Positions 37,176-49,410 of a stretch of DNA of 56,884 nt are shown piece after piece. Every line of letters starts with the position of its first letter. The stretch's first letter is position 1. The notes beneath the pieces are model-generated. The model searched no databases. It saw nothing but the letters and a program-made list of their open reading frames with translations, and was not told the DNA's origin. Position numbers and translations under genes: made by a program. Origin of the DNA: Octopus sinensis (taxonomy: Eukaryota); NCBI RefSeq assembly GCF_006345805.1, contig NW_021833661.1, forward strand, positions 1 through 56,884, written 5' to 3'.

Positions 37176-38096
37176 TTAAAGTTGTACTTGAGTAGTTGTT
37201 TTGAACTGTTGACTAATTAAATGTTTCCTGCTTCTACATAAATGAATTTTTGCACCCCCCCCCCAAATCACCACAGATCCTACATGCTAATTTGGACCAC
37301 CTTATAAGTGATAATGCACTAAAAAGATTTTTGCATAAGTGATACTAAATTGTTGTGTCTTTTATACCATCAAGTACAATACTTCAAATTCTCCATATCA
37401 TTTGCATTCATGGGGCCAATATAGGTGCCTTCACATCGTAATTCCTCTGATCCTTTTATCACCATTTTGTGGGCCCGTTAAAAAAGAAGGGTCACCCATT
37501 CACAGAGTTACGAACGTAAATACGTAAATGTGTTTGTATGTCTGGACTGTGATGCTGGATATAGAAATGGGCGATGGGAGAATATTGTATGTCAGAGTAT
37601 TGTAGTGTAAGAGAAACAAGGGCAGTTGTATGTAGCGGACTGTTATGTTTATATGTACGAGTGTGATGTATGTGAAATGGGTTGAGGGTTAAGGGCAGTG
37701 TGTATTGAGGAACTGTGTGATGTATGGGCGCATGGCAGAGTGTTTTGTAAGTGGGTCGAGGGCAGCGAATGTTGAGGAGTATACAATATGTATAAGTGTG
37801 TGAGAGAAGGGCACTAGATGTAGGGTGCTACAGGATGTGTGAAAGGGTGTGGGGTGTTGGCAGAAAACAATGGGACTGAATGAGGACAATGTAATGTGTG
37901 TGTGTGTGTAGTGTATAGTAGTGAGACAATAGTAATGAATGTAGGGGACTCTGTTATGTGCTTGGGGTTAAGGGCACCGTGCGTAGACGGCTTTTGAGTA
38001 AATGTGCAGTGCATAGGCAAGGGCAGTATGTCAAGAGCATAATGTGTATGTGTGTGTGGTAGACGGGCAAGAGCAGTGACTATATATAAGGATATA

Positions 38097-38327
38097 AGGC
38101 GGCGAGTTGGCAGAAACGTTAGCACGCCGGGCGAAATGCGTAGCCGTATTTCGTCTGCCGTTACGTTCTGAGTTCAAATTCCGCCAAGGTCGACTTTGCC
38201 TTTCATCCTTTCATGGTCGATAAATTAAGCACCAGTTACGCACTGGGGGTCGATGTAATCGACTTAATCCGTTTGTCTGTCCTTGTTTGTCCCCTCTATG
38301 TTTAGCCCCTTGTGGGTAGTAAAGAAA
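38097..38327 (+). mobile_element. SINE family A1, full length, 16-bp TSD
   Basis: tatatataaggatata at 38081-38096 and 38328-38343. Confidence 0.92.
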
Positions 38328-38913
38328 TATATATAAGGATATATATGATGTGTGTGTGTGTGTGGTGTGTGTGTGTGTGTGTGTGAGTGTGTGTACGTGT
38401 GTGTGTGCGGTGTTGCATGGCAGTGGGTCGAGGGGCAGTGTGTGTATATAAGGCAAAGAATGTGTGGAATCTACGATTCTCGGGAAATATCCACCTGGAG
38501 ATTTAAGGATTTCAGTTGAGGATTGGGGATTTGAGAAGGTTTCAGCTGGGTGGGTGGGGGAGCAGATTTGTGGGGATTCCAGAGAATTGACTTTAGCGTC
38601 GAAATAACTATTTTATCATTATTATTTTTTTAAATTATATTTACCAAATTTATTTTCGTTGCTGTTGATTTTTAGGTTAGTAGAGAGGAAAGGGTCGAAA
38701 TGGTGAAATGGTAAAGGGGAAAATGCAATAAATAAATAAATAAAAAGAAAGAAAAAAAGTAGGTTAAAAACATTGTGGTCCGAAACGAAGATCGGAAAGG
38801 GTCAAGGTGTTTAAGTTGTGTGTGAGTAAAGTGTTGATTAAGGAAGAGAAATTTATTTGCATAAGTTTGCTGTCCCTGAAAGGTCAATAAGAGGATGTAT
38901 AATTCGATGAAAG

Positions 38914-39170
38914 TTTAGCACAAGGACAGCAATATTTTTAGGGGACAGGCATAATCGATCACATCAGCCCTAGTATTTGACTGGTACTTTATTTTATCGA
39001 CGCTGAAAGGATGAAAGGTTAAGTCGACCTCTGAGAGAATTGAACTCACAGAGTAGAGTCTGAAGAAATGCCACTAAGCCCTTCGTCTGACACGCTAGCG
39101 ATTCTTATTTGTTTATTGCCCACAAGGGGCTAAACATAGAGGGGACAAAGCGATTCTGCCGACCCGTCAC
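38914..39170 (-). mobile_element. SINE A2 containing a 43-bp A1 tail insertion
   Basis: Insert 39106-39148 flanked by agcgattct at 39097-39105 and 39149-39157. Confidence 0.75.
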
Positions 39171-39671
39171 ATTTAAGGTGATGTCGAACGACAATAATCT
39201 AACTTATGACCCCTTCATGTCAGATTGAGTGACTCCCATCCTGGATAACTTAAGCAAATTATCGGCTGTTACTGCAGGGGTTATATATAAATTATTCAGT
39301 GAAGTCTTTATGATTTTGGTAAGAGTTTATACAGCGCGTGGGGGACAGGAGAAATGTGAGGACTCAGAACTGAAGAAGTTGGATTTGATTTGATGCCAGT
39401 TAATGTTACATTTGTGGCGAGTTGAGTTTGCGATGCAAATTCGACGAAAATCGATTCGATTGATTTGCACCAGTTAATTTGCTACACATAATATTTTGTT
39501 TTGTATTAACGATTTGAGCTATCGACAGTAAGTAACCTTGAAAAAAAAATGGGTTCTGCTACATACTACATGAAGGCGAAGATTATGGCTGAGACCCAAC
39601 GAATGTGGACAGGACATTTTTAGCTTTTTCTCTTTTTTAATTTTCATTTTTAATTCGTTATATCATTACTA

Positions 39672-40059
39672 TCTCTCTCTATATAAACGGCAGTTTGTCT
39701 GTGTGTGTTTCTGTGTGTCTGTTTGGTTGTACCCTCACTCTGACCACGGCTTTCAACCGATTCTGATGAAACTTGACACACACATTAGCCCAATGTCATA
39801 ATTCAAAACTAACGCAGCGAAAATTTTGAAAAGTTCCCCCAGTTCTGAAAAAAATCGATAAATTCGACATGGGGTCGACAATCAGAAACACAAACCACAG
39901 ATGGTCTAGGGGACGCAACTCGACCTTTTTAACTATCAAAAAAAATTTACCATCATTTTTTTCCCCCATTTTTTTTGCTATTTTTTGGCTATAACTCTCT
40001 AAAAATGCTTTATAGTTATTTCCCTTACAAACCTGAGCAACGCCGGGCGATACTGCTAG
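39672..40059 (+). mobile_element. Non-autonomous Helitron
   Basis: 5' A|TC start, internal gtctgt repeats and ccgattctgatgaaactt motif, GC-rich hairpin cctgagcaacgccggg (40032-40047), terminal CTAG (40056-40059) followed by T, no TSD; exact 5' base uncertain. Confidence 0.75.
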
Positions 40060-40074
40060 TTATTGATATTATTA

Positions 40075-40530
40075 CAAAAGTTGCTAGCTGAGAGAAACCT
40101 TAGCAGCGCCGGGCAAAATGCTTACCGGCATTTCGTCCGTCTTTACGTTCTGAATTCAAATTCCGCCGGGGTCGACTTTGCATTTCATCCCTTTAGGGCC
40201 GTTAAATGAAGTACCAGTTGAACACTGGGACCAATGTAATCGACTGACCACCTCCCCTAAATTTCAGGCTTCGTACCTATTGTAGAAAGGATTATAACTA
40301 TTATTGATATTATTATAAAGGTGACTAGCTGACAGGAACGTTAGCAACGCCGAGTAAAATGTTTACCGGCATTTTGTCCGGCTTTACGTTCTGAGTTCAA
40401 ATTCTGCCGAAATCGGTTTTGCCTTTCATTCTGTCGGAGTCGATAAAATAATTACCGGCCAAGTACTAACTAGAGTTGTTGTTATTAACTGCCTCTCCGA
40501 CAAAAACTACTGGCCTTGTGCCAAAATTTT
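40075..40530 (+). mobile_element. Two tandem diverged SINE A2 copies
   Basis: About 40075-40295 and 40318-40530; both preceded by ttattgatattatta(c/t)aaag. Confidence 0.75.
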
Positions 40531-41071
40531 TTTTAAAATTATTATTTTGCGTATTCGCTCTGTGACGATGGTTGATTACCCACAAGAAAAGATGACCTAG
40601 GGCTAACACATTGAGGGCAGAGAAAGAGAGATGATAGTGTAATGTAAAATTCGCCAAATTAGATACACACTAAAAAAATTATAACTATTAAGATACATCA
40701 ATTAAGAATTAACCGTTCGTTGCATGAATTTATGTTTTATAAAAATAACTTAAGCACACACTCACACACACACATGCAGACATACAAGCACGTGTGTGTG
40801 TGTGAATATATTTGCAAATTGTGCAAAGTTGAAGGGCAGCAAAATACATTGAGGCCTAGTTCTGTTTTAGTCATGCTGTGGCCCTTTTTGTGGTCAACTT
40901 GACCTTTTGTCTTTCTGGAGCGGAAGATTGGGGCCAATAACATAAGGACTAATTAAGCATTGAAGGTTGATATGATCCAGTCACCCCTAAGCCCCAAATT
41001 ATGACCTTTTCCCCGAAATTACGCAGGAAATGTGAAATTGATGTTGGAAAAGTAAAAACGATGTAGAAGCG

Positions 41072-41107
<36 letters not shown>

Positions 41108-41470
41108 TGTATACAAATTCCTCGATGGTCTATAAATATATATATACATATATATATATTAGGATGCAGGTGAATCTGGCACTTAAATGGTAAGGCACCG
41201 GATCGAGTCAAAATTAAAATGCATACACAGCATCTAAAGACGGATACCAACGTTGGTACCGAAATACAGGCAGAAAGATATTCAGGTCATGTTATACGAT
41301 TAATTGAACCCAAATGAGGATATTCCCAGCCCTTTGGGCAAATCCAGAAACGTACGTTGTATTATTAAATATACGGTCCATAATCGGTCCACATCGGAGG
41401 ATGAGAGGAGCAGGTTCCGAGAGAGGTGAATCATAAATACAAAGTTGACAAACGATGGAGTGGTGTCAAT

Positions 41471-41596
<126 letters not shown>

Positions 41597-42208
41597 GTGT
41601 GTTTCGGCTAGCTAAGCCATCGTTGGACAACGGCTTAGTCAGCCGAAACTTCGGAGTCACTTTCGATAATATTGTTGTATAAGAATATATATATATATAT
41701 ATACATGAAACGTGCGTAGTTTTTTTTACTACTATTTACTATTTATTGTACTTTATTGATTAAAAATTAATGCTTTTTTTATAGTATATGTTTTCTATAT
41801 GGTGTGAATAACATCTTTCTTTATTGAATTATTTAAGAGTGGTTTTTCTCTAATCATACACATACATACATACATACATACATACCATAAGCCAAAAACT
41901 ATATATATATATGATATATATATAATATATATATACGATATATATATAGGGAAAATATTTATATATAAAGAACGTGAAATACAGGAAGGGACAAACACGG
42001 AACATATATATATGTATGTATGTATGTATGCATGCATGTATACACACACACAAAACAGTATTCTTTAAAGGGACAAAAGTTGAAAAATAACAATGACAGG
42101 ATGAGAGAAAAACAATGACAATGAAACGAAAAAGAGATGCATAAAAGAAAGAAAGAAAAAAAGAAGGAAGGAAAGAAGAGGGGGGTCAGTAATATTTGGT
42201 TGACTTAC

Positions 42209-42550
42209 TGTCGAAGAGACCAATGTGTTGTTTTGTATGACCACGGTTGAGTGAGTTTTCCCGTCCTCATTTTCCGTACTCCCTTCTTCCACGGTTGCCA
42301 GTTTCGCCGTCTGTCGGCTGTTGCTAATGTTATCCACCTTGGCGTTGGCATGGTGCACTTGGATGCGACCCGTTGACACGGATGAGTTAACACCACCACT
42401 GCTGTTACTACTACTGCTGCCGCCCCCTACGCCACCGCTCTTGCTGCTGCCGCCGGAACTCACATACTTCGAAGACACAGTGTAGCTTCCAGAGGTGGTC
42501 ACCGGCTTCCGGATCGGAAACTCCACGTTATCATAGGACCCTGCATCCAT
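42209..42550 (-). CDS. Probable first coding exon of an unidentified gene (114 aa, Ser/Gly-rich, MDAGSYDNVEF...TLVSST)
   Basis: Higher GC and diverse codons unlike the flanks; first ATG after an in-frame TAA; G at +4; ends ACA|GTAAGT (42208-42203), phase 0; downstream composition changes abruptly. Alternatively an internal phase 0-0 exon from an AG ending at 42668. Confidence 0.62.
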
Positions 42551-43358
42551 GCAGACCGATGTTGTTGTAATTGCAATTCTAGTAGTATTTTTTGTTGTTG
42601 TTGGTGTTGTTGTTGTTAAGAACAACGGCCACGAGTTTTGATGCTGATGCTGATGATGATGTCGGCGCTGTAGTTAATGATGATGATGATGATGATGTTT
42701 GTTATGGTTGATGCTGTGGTTGCTGAGTAAATATTCCTCGGTCACAGCCTGGGTCGCACCTCGGTTTCTACATGTATGTATACAAGTAAATGTGAGGATA
42801 TATAATATCCTATACTATAAATGTAAAATATAAAATATGTATTTTATATATGTATATATATATGTGTGTGTATATATTTATATCTTCCTTTTCTAACGGT
42901 TTCTTTCTCTTTTATAAGATATGTGTATGTATATATAACTATATAAAAATATGTGTATAGGCTATAAAAATGTAAAGAAAATGTGACCGATAGCTTGTAT
43001 GATATTTGAATATAGATATATTTACTTATATGTATATGTGTATGATTGTATATGTATAGCTATATATATATATATATATATATAGGTGATATATGTGTTT
43101 GTATATATATATATGTGTGTGTGTATGTGTGTTTGTATATATATATGTGTGTGTGTATATATTTATATAGTGTAGAAAGAGGCTCAGACTGTCAGCAGAC
43201 GAGAAAGCACACCGTGTACATCCAAAGTTTTGATGTTTAGCTCCAACGGAGCTTGTTGAATAGGTCCGTGGCAAGCAACAAACAGATGCTGCCTGCTACA
43301 GAATGCGCCAAAATCTCTTGTAGCAGATGAGCGGCTGGGCTGGTGGTGACTGCGATGA

Positions 43359-43404
<46 letters not shown>

Positions 43405-43984
43405 GGTGGTGGTGGACGATGGAGGAGGTTGGCGGTGGTTGCAGGCAGAGGGGGAAGGCTGAGTAAGGATAAGGATGTACGTGGTTGTAAGGAAAGATTA
43501 AAACAGAAGGATGAAGAATTTTTGAAAGTTTGTTTTAATGGCAGAGACGGCGGAGGGGGGGGGTTTAAAAAGTTGGGAAACCTACGTGTGTGTGTGCGTG
43601 TGTGTGTGTATGTGTGTGTGTGTGTGTGTGTGCGTGTGTGTGTGTGTGTGTGATTATAAACAATGTGAATGTTTGTGTGTGAGGAGAGGCAGGACAAGAG
43701 AGATGGAGAGAAAGAGAGAGAGAGAGGATGGGGAGAATAAGAGGAGTGGAAAGAGGAGATGAACCGGGAAAGGAACTTGAAGAACTAGACGTGGCTTTGA
43801 TAGACAGACAGTCACACAGAGAGATGATTAGAGAGAGATACGTATAGAGACATGTACACACCAAAGCGCGCACACACACACACAGACACACACACGTTCA
43901 CACCCACGCACGCATGCACACATACACACACCCGTACGCACAAACATGAATATGTAAATTATATATATACGCGTATGCGCTTAC

Positions 43985-44027
43985 GTCTATCTTTCGCTCT
44001 TTATCTCTTTCTCTCTCTCTTTCTCTT

Positions 44028-44070
<43 letters not shown>

Positions 44071-44133
44071 TCATTCTCTCTGTCTCCTTACTCTCACTCT
44101 CTCTCTCTCTCTCTTTATCTCTCTCTCTCTTTA

Positions 44134-44164
<31 letters not shown>

Positions 44165-44194
44165 TTCTTCATTCTCTCTGTCTCCTTACTCTCA

Positions 44195-44226
<32 letters not shown>

Positions 44227-44256
44227 TTCTTCATTCTCTCTGTCTCCTTACTCTCA

Positions 44257-44290
<34 letters not shown>

Positions 44291-44318
44291 TTCTTCATTC
44301 TCTGTCTCCTTACTCTCA

Positions 44319-44365
<47 letters not shown>
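43985..44365. repeat. (CT)n tract with a recurring ~35-bp block
   Basis: ttcttcattctc(tc)tgtctccttactctcactctc occurs four times with variable (CT)n between copies. Confidence 0.9.
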
Positions 44366-44367
<2 letters not shown>

Positions 44368-44389
44368 GTATATATTCTTTTATTCCTTT

Positions 44390-44610
44390 AGTCTTTCAAT
44401 TGTTTCAGTGGTTTGACTGCGGCCAAGCTGCAGCACCGCCTTCAACGGTTTTTTAGTCGAACAAACCATCGACCCCAGGATTTATTCTTTGTAAGCCTAA
44501 CACTCATTACATCGGTCACTTTTGCCGAACCGCTAAGTTACGGGGACGAAAACACACCAACATTGGTTGTCAAGCGATGTCGTCGGGGGACAAACACAAA
44601 GACACACACA
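44390..44610 (-). mobile_element. SINE family B, 3' half
   Basis: tgtttcag..gtttgactgcggcc ... tttgccgaaccgctaagttacggggacg. Confidence 0.8.
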
Positions 44611-44649
44611 CACATAAGTGAAAGAATAAAAGAAAAAATATACACTTCT

Positions 44650-45032
44650 ATTTGTTTCAGTCATTAGACTGCGGCCATGCTGGAGCACCGCCTTTGGTCG
44701 AACAAATCGATCCCAGAACTTATTCTTTGTAAGCCTAGTACTTATTCTATCGGCTCTTTTACCGAACTGCTAAGTTATAGGAATGTAAACACACCGACAG
44801 CGGTGTCAAGCGATGGTGAGAGGACAAACGCACATGCATACATACATACATACATACATAATACGTACATACATACATACATACATACATACATACATAC
44901 ATACACACATACATACACACATACACACATACATTCATACATACATACATACATACATACATACATAATACGTACATACATACATACATACATACATACA
45001 TACATACATTCATACATACATACATACATACA

Positions 45033-45066
<34 letters not shown>

Positions 45067-45078
45067 CACATACATATA

Positions 45079-45109
<31 letters not shown>

Positions 45110-45290
45110 ATGTATGTATGTATGTATGTATGTATGTATGTACGTATGTATGTATGTATGTATGTATGTATATGTATATATCAGTTTCCGTCTACCAAAT
45201 CCACTCACAAGGCTTTTGGTCATTCCATGTCTAAGGTCCCACACTGAGCCATGTGGTTGGAAGAAAACTTCTTACCACACAGTCACACCT
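44650..45290 (-). mobile_element. SINE family B with its central microsatellite expanded to ~345 bp
   Basis: Tail 44650-44830, (TACA)n then (TATG)n 44835-45180, head 45181-45290. Confidence 0.75.
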
Positions 45291-45559
45291 ATATTCTTTT
45301 ATTCCTTTATTCTTTTTACCTTTCATCTTTTACTTGTTGCAGTCATGTGACTGCGGCCATGCTGGGGCACATATACACACACACACAGACACGTGTAAAT
45401 ACGAGCGTGCGTGTATCTCTTCAACAATTCAGCTAAACTGTTCTCGACGTGATTGTATCTGACGAGATCCTTCCCAAGTTTGGTGTAAACCTTGTAATAA
45501 CCATCTGTTGTCTATGTCTGTTTGACTGTCCATCTCCATCTCTCTCTCTCTCCGTCTGT

Positions 45560-45605
<46 letters not shown>

Positions 45606-46250
45606 TTATATATATTGAAGAAAATTAAGGAAATGGAGATATAGCATTTAATAAAAAATTTATCTGCAAAAATCCAACATATTCTCTAACAGCTGTTTCA
45701 GTTGAGCTTAAAGATTAAAATGGCAAATATTAAATCATTATATTAGGGATAGAAAAGATATGCTGTTAGGTTATTAGGTGTTGTGTTTTCGAATCATCTC
45801 AGCAGACTGAAGAAACACACTCTAAGATGTAGAGCAGTGTATATTTTAATGGGGAAGGCCGGTTTATGGGATTACCCTGGGTTTCCCTTCCATGAAGGGT
45901 TTAGCTTTACGGCGTATCGTCAGACCCCAAAACCTGTTGGCCTAAGATCTCTTCGGTATATGGAGGGCGAAAACCTTTTATATATAAAATATATGGGGTT
46001 TAGTTCACTTGTGATCTAAACGAAGAGGTACGATGGGTAAGTGCTATAGTTAGTCGGCCGTTAGGTTCCAAGTTCACAGCTAAGGATGGATATAGGGATC
46101 CGCATTAGGGTTCCGTTATAGCATGTATAAAAAAAACTTGTACCCTCATGGAAGCACCGACCAACATCCATCTCCTCCGGAAAAAGATGAGATATGAACA
46201 TTATTCTCCTGCCTATATTCTTCTAACTACTTTTTCTCTTTATTCTTCTG

Positions 46251-46328
46251 TTCTATTCCTTCTAAACTGCAAATTATTCTATTCCTTCTAAACTGCAAAT
46301 TATTCTATTCCTTCTAAACTGTAAATTA
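46251..46328. repeat. 26-bp tandem repeat, 3 copies
   Basis: ttctattccttctaaactg(c/t)aaatta x3, one substitution. Confidence 0.95.
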
Positions 46329-46353
46329 TCCCCTTTTAAAATATTCATATCTT

Positions 46354-46430
46354 GTCTCTCATGACGGAATACCCAGTGCACGGACATGCTAACAAAACCA
46401 CTCGGGTTATCTCAGAAACGAGTGTAAGAC
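46354..46430 (+). ncRNA. Degenerate type I hammerhead-like motif with long stem II
   Basis: GTCT-CTCATGA-(stem II includes cccagtg / cactcggg)-GAAA-C gagt GTA-AGAC; stem I 4 of 4 pairs; core G5 replaced by C. Confidence 0.5.
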
Positions 46431-47364
46431 TCCAAATTCACGTTACCCTAATTAAATTATTCTAAATGACTTGAGATACTCGTTCTGCCTTGGTTTTGAT
46501 TTTTCCTCAAATATAATATAATATAAACAATATAATAAATAGATAGATAGATACATAGATATAGATACACATACATATCTTCCCTTCTTTCCTGAGCGTC
46601 CAATAATACTTTATTTGTTCCACGTCCTCGCGTTGTTGTGTTTTTTTTTTTTTGTGTTTTCTTGTTTGGATTAACTTTATATATGTGTATACTTATATAT
46701 GTATTTGTGTTTTTCTTTTTTTTTATTTCATCTAGTTTCAGCTCACGAGCTGTGGCCATGCTGGGGCACCGCCATTTGGTGTTGCTACATAATTTTACTT
46801 CACGAATGCTTTTTAGGAATTGACATTTGGTGCATGAGAGAGTTCGATGCAGCTGCCCTCATCTGCACCTCCTGCCGTGTGTGTACATATATGTGTGTGT
46901 TTGTTTGTGTGTGTGTACACATACAAACATACACACATATTTATTATATATATATATACATATATACAAAGGAAGTATTGGAAGGCCTTCGAAACAGACC
47001 TGAGTACATCAGGAAAATATAAATTTGTTGACAATCTTTAGCTTCCTTAGGCTCATTTTATTAATTTTTTCTTTGTCTTTTTTATAAATATTCAAATCTT
47101 TTCTGATAAAAACCGTTTTATAACATTTTTTTCTTTATGTAAAAGCCAACTTAACTTGAATATAATTATACAGGTAATTTCTAATAAGGGTGAAACAATT
47201 TCATATTTATCTCCCTTTCCTACTAATAGGGTACACGTCTACCTAATCATGTTTATGCGATTATCTTCTTTTTCTTTCAGAGATTATCTCCTACTTTCAG
47301 GCTACAAAATCGTGGTGCGTATTATACATGAACTTTCATGGTGCATACACGCCCACACAAATAT

Positions 47365-47389
47365 ATCTATGTATCTATCTATCTTTATC

Positions 47390-47430
<41 letters not shown>

Positions 47431-47515
47431 TCTATCTATCTATCTATCTATCTATTATCTATCTATCTATTTATATATTATCTATCTATCTATATGTCTA
47501 TCTATATATTCTATC

Positions 47516-47583
<68 letters not shown>

Positions 47584-47587
47584 GTTG

Positions 47588-47628
<41 letters not shown>

Positions 47629-47642
47629 TATCTATCTATCTA

Positions 47643-47710
<68 letters not shown>

Positions 47711-47741
47711 AATCAATCTGTCTATCTATATCTATCTATAA

Positions 47742-47802
<61 letters not shown>

Positions 47803-47811
47803 AATCAATCA

Positions 47812-47850
<39 letters not shown>

Positions 47851-47864
47851 AATCTGTCTATCTA

Positions 47865-47916
<52 letters not shown>

Positions 47917-47921
47917 AATCA

Positions 47922-47987
<66 letters not shown>

Positions 47988-48000
47988 ATATATATATATA
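47365..48000. repeat. (TATC)n tract
   Basis: Directly visible; source of YLSI ORFs. Confidence 0.95.
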
Positions 48001-48141
48001 ATGCATATACATATATTGCATATCCCTTACACCGAAGGAGGTTAAGCAAACACATCTTATACCGACTATATTTAGGAAACCAAAAACAAGCTTACGCAGC
48101 AACGTGAAACCTGCACCTCATCCCACGATTGACACTCCCTA

Positions 48142-48185
<44 letters not shown>

Positions 48186-48191
48186 GTACAT

Positions 48192-48230
<39 letters not shown>

Positions 48231-48535
48231 CATACATATACACACACACATTTCTTATACGCACTTTTGTACAGAATTTTTTCACATTTATTCGCCCCAC
48301 GGTATCTCATTGCGATGTTTGAGGGTCGATATGAGGGTAAACAAGTTCATATTGTTGCTTTTCTTTAATACAGCTGCATTTCAAATGGAATGATAATTAC
48401 ATTGTAAAGGGGCCACTAACCATATATTTTGAATAAGAAAATAAGTAGGTTTGATAATTTTCTGTTTACAACATCAGTAATAAATGACTGTCAGTTTTAA
48501 TACAATGACTAAAAAAAATAAGCCTGAGGCGAGCT

Positions 48536-48897
48536 GACATTGAGCTGAGCAGACATTGAGCTGAGCAGACATTGAGCCGAGCAGACATTGAGCCGAGCTG
48601 GCATTGAGCCGAGAAGACATAGAACCGAACGGACATTGAGCCGAGCAGACATTGAGCCGAGCTGGCATTGAGCCGAGCAGACATAGAACCGAACGGACAT
48701 TGAGCCGAGCTGACATTGAGCCGAGCAGACATTGGGCCGAGCTGGCATTGAGCCGAGCAGACATAGAACCGAACGGACATTGAGCCGAGCTGACATTGAG
48801 CCGAGCAGACATTGAGCCGAGCTGACATTGAGCCGAGCAGACATAGAACCGAACGGACATTGAGCCGAGTTGACATTGAGCCGAGCTGACATTGAGC
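48536..48897. repeat. 16-bp minisatellite, 22 full units, with higher-order structure
   Basis: Unit gacattgagccgagc(a/t); variant gacatagaaccgaacg at units 6, 10, 15 and 20; no indels. Confidence 0.95.
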
Positions 48898-49410
48898 TAT
48901 AAATATGTCCTTACGGAGGACTGACGTCTCGTTCAGGGGAGAATATTATGAGTTTGGTCACTTATGAGCCATGGAATCCAGCTAACCGCCGGCTCTATGA
49001 TCCTGCAACTCAAAACAATTATGTCCAGGGACTTACAGCCATGACTGAGTATACCTGTCATCGAAATCATTTCAACTGTGACCATCCTGCCTTTCATTGT
49101 GGCATTGTGTAGCCAGGCCCATGAATTCAATGAATCCTTCTTCTTTTTGTTCCTTGTTGAGTCCACGCACTGAGTCGGTGCTAGAGCCCAGTTCAGCGCA
49201 GAACGAATAAACATTGAGACCAAAAGTATCTCTGTACTGAACTCAACCCTTCTTTTATTCTGTATAAATAAAAGTCTACATTATCTCGTACGTGCATCTT
49301 GTTTTGGGCTGTTTAATTTGAGCGAGATAGTAACTTCGCATTTCTCGTTTGCTCGTCAGGTTATATACAAATAAATCTTGACCGCAAGGACTTATAACAA
49401 AAAGTGATCG

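Noticed and set aside
39755-39775. ctgatgaaac as a hammerhead core
   Set aside because: No stem II between CTGATGA and GAAA; it is part of the Helitron internal motif.
41240-41262. Short palindromes (gataccaacgttggtacc; taggagcggtgctccta near 35731)
   Set aside because: Too short and isolated to exceed chance.
46975-47005. ggaaggccttcgaaacagacc as another hammerhead
   Set aside because: No CUGANGA-like core upstream; too degenerate to support.
48536-48897. CRISPR array or repeat protein (SARL-rich ORFs)
   Set aside because: No unique spacers, eukaryotic context, and ORFs open in all three minus frames due to the 16-bp unit.
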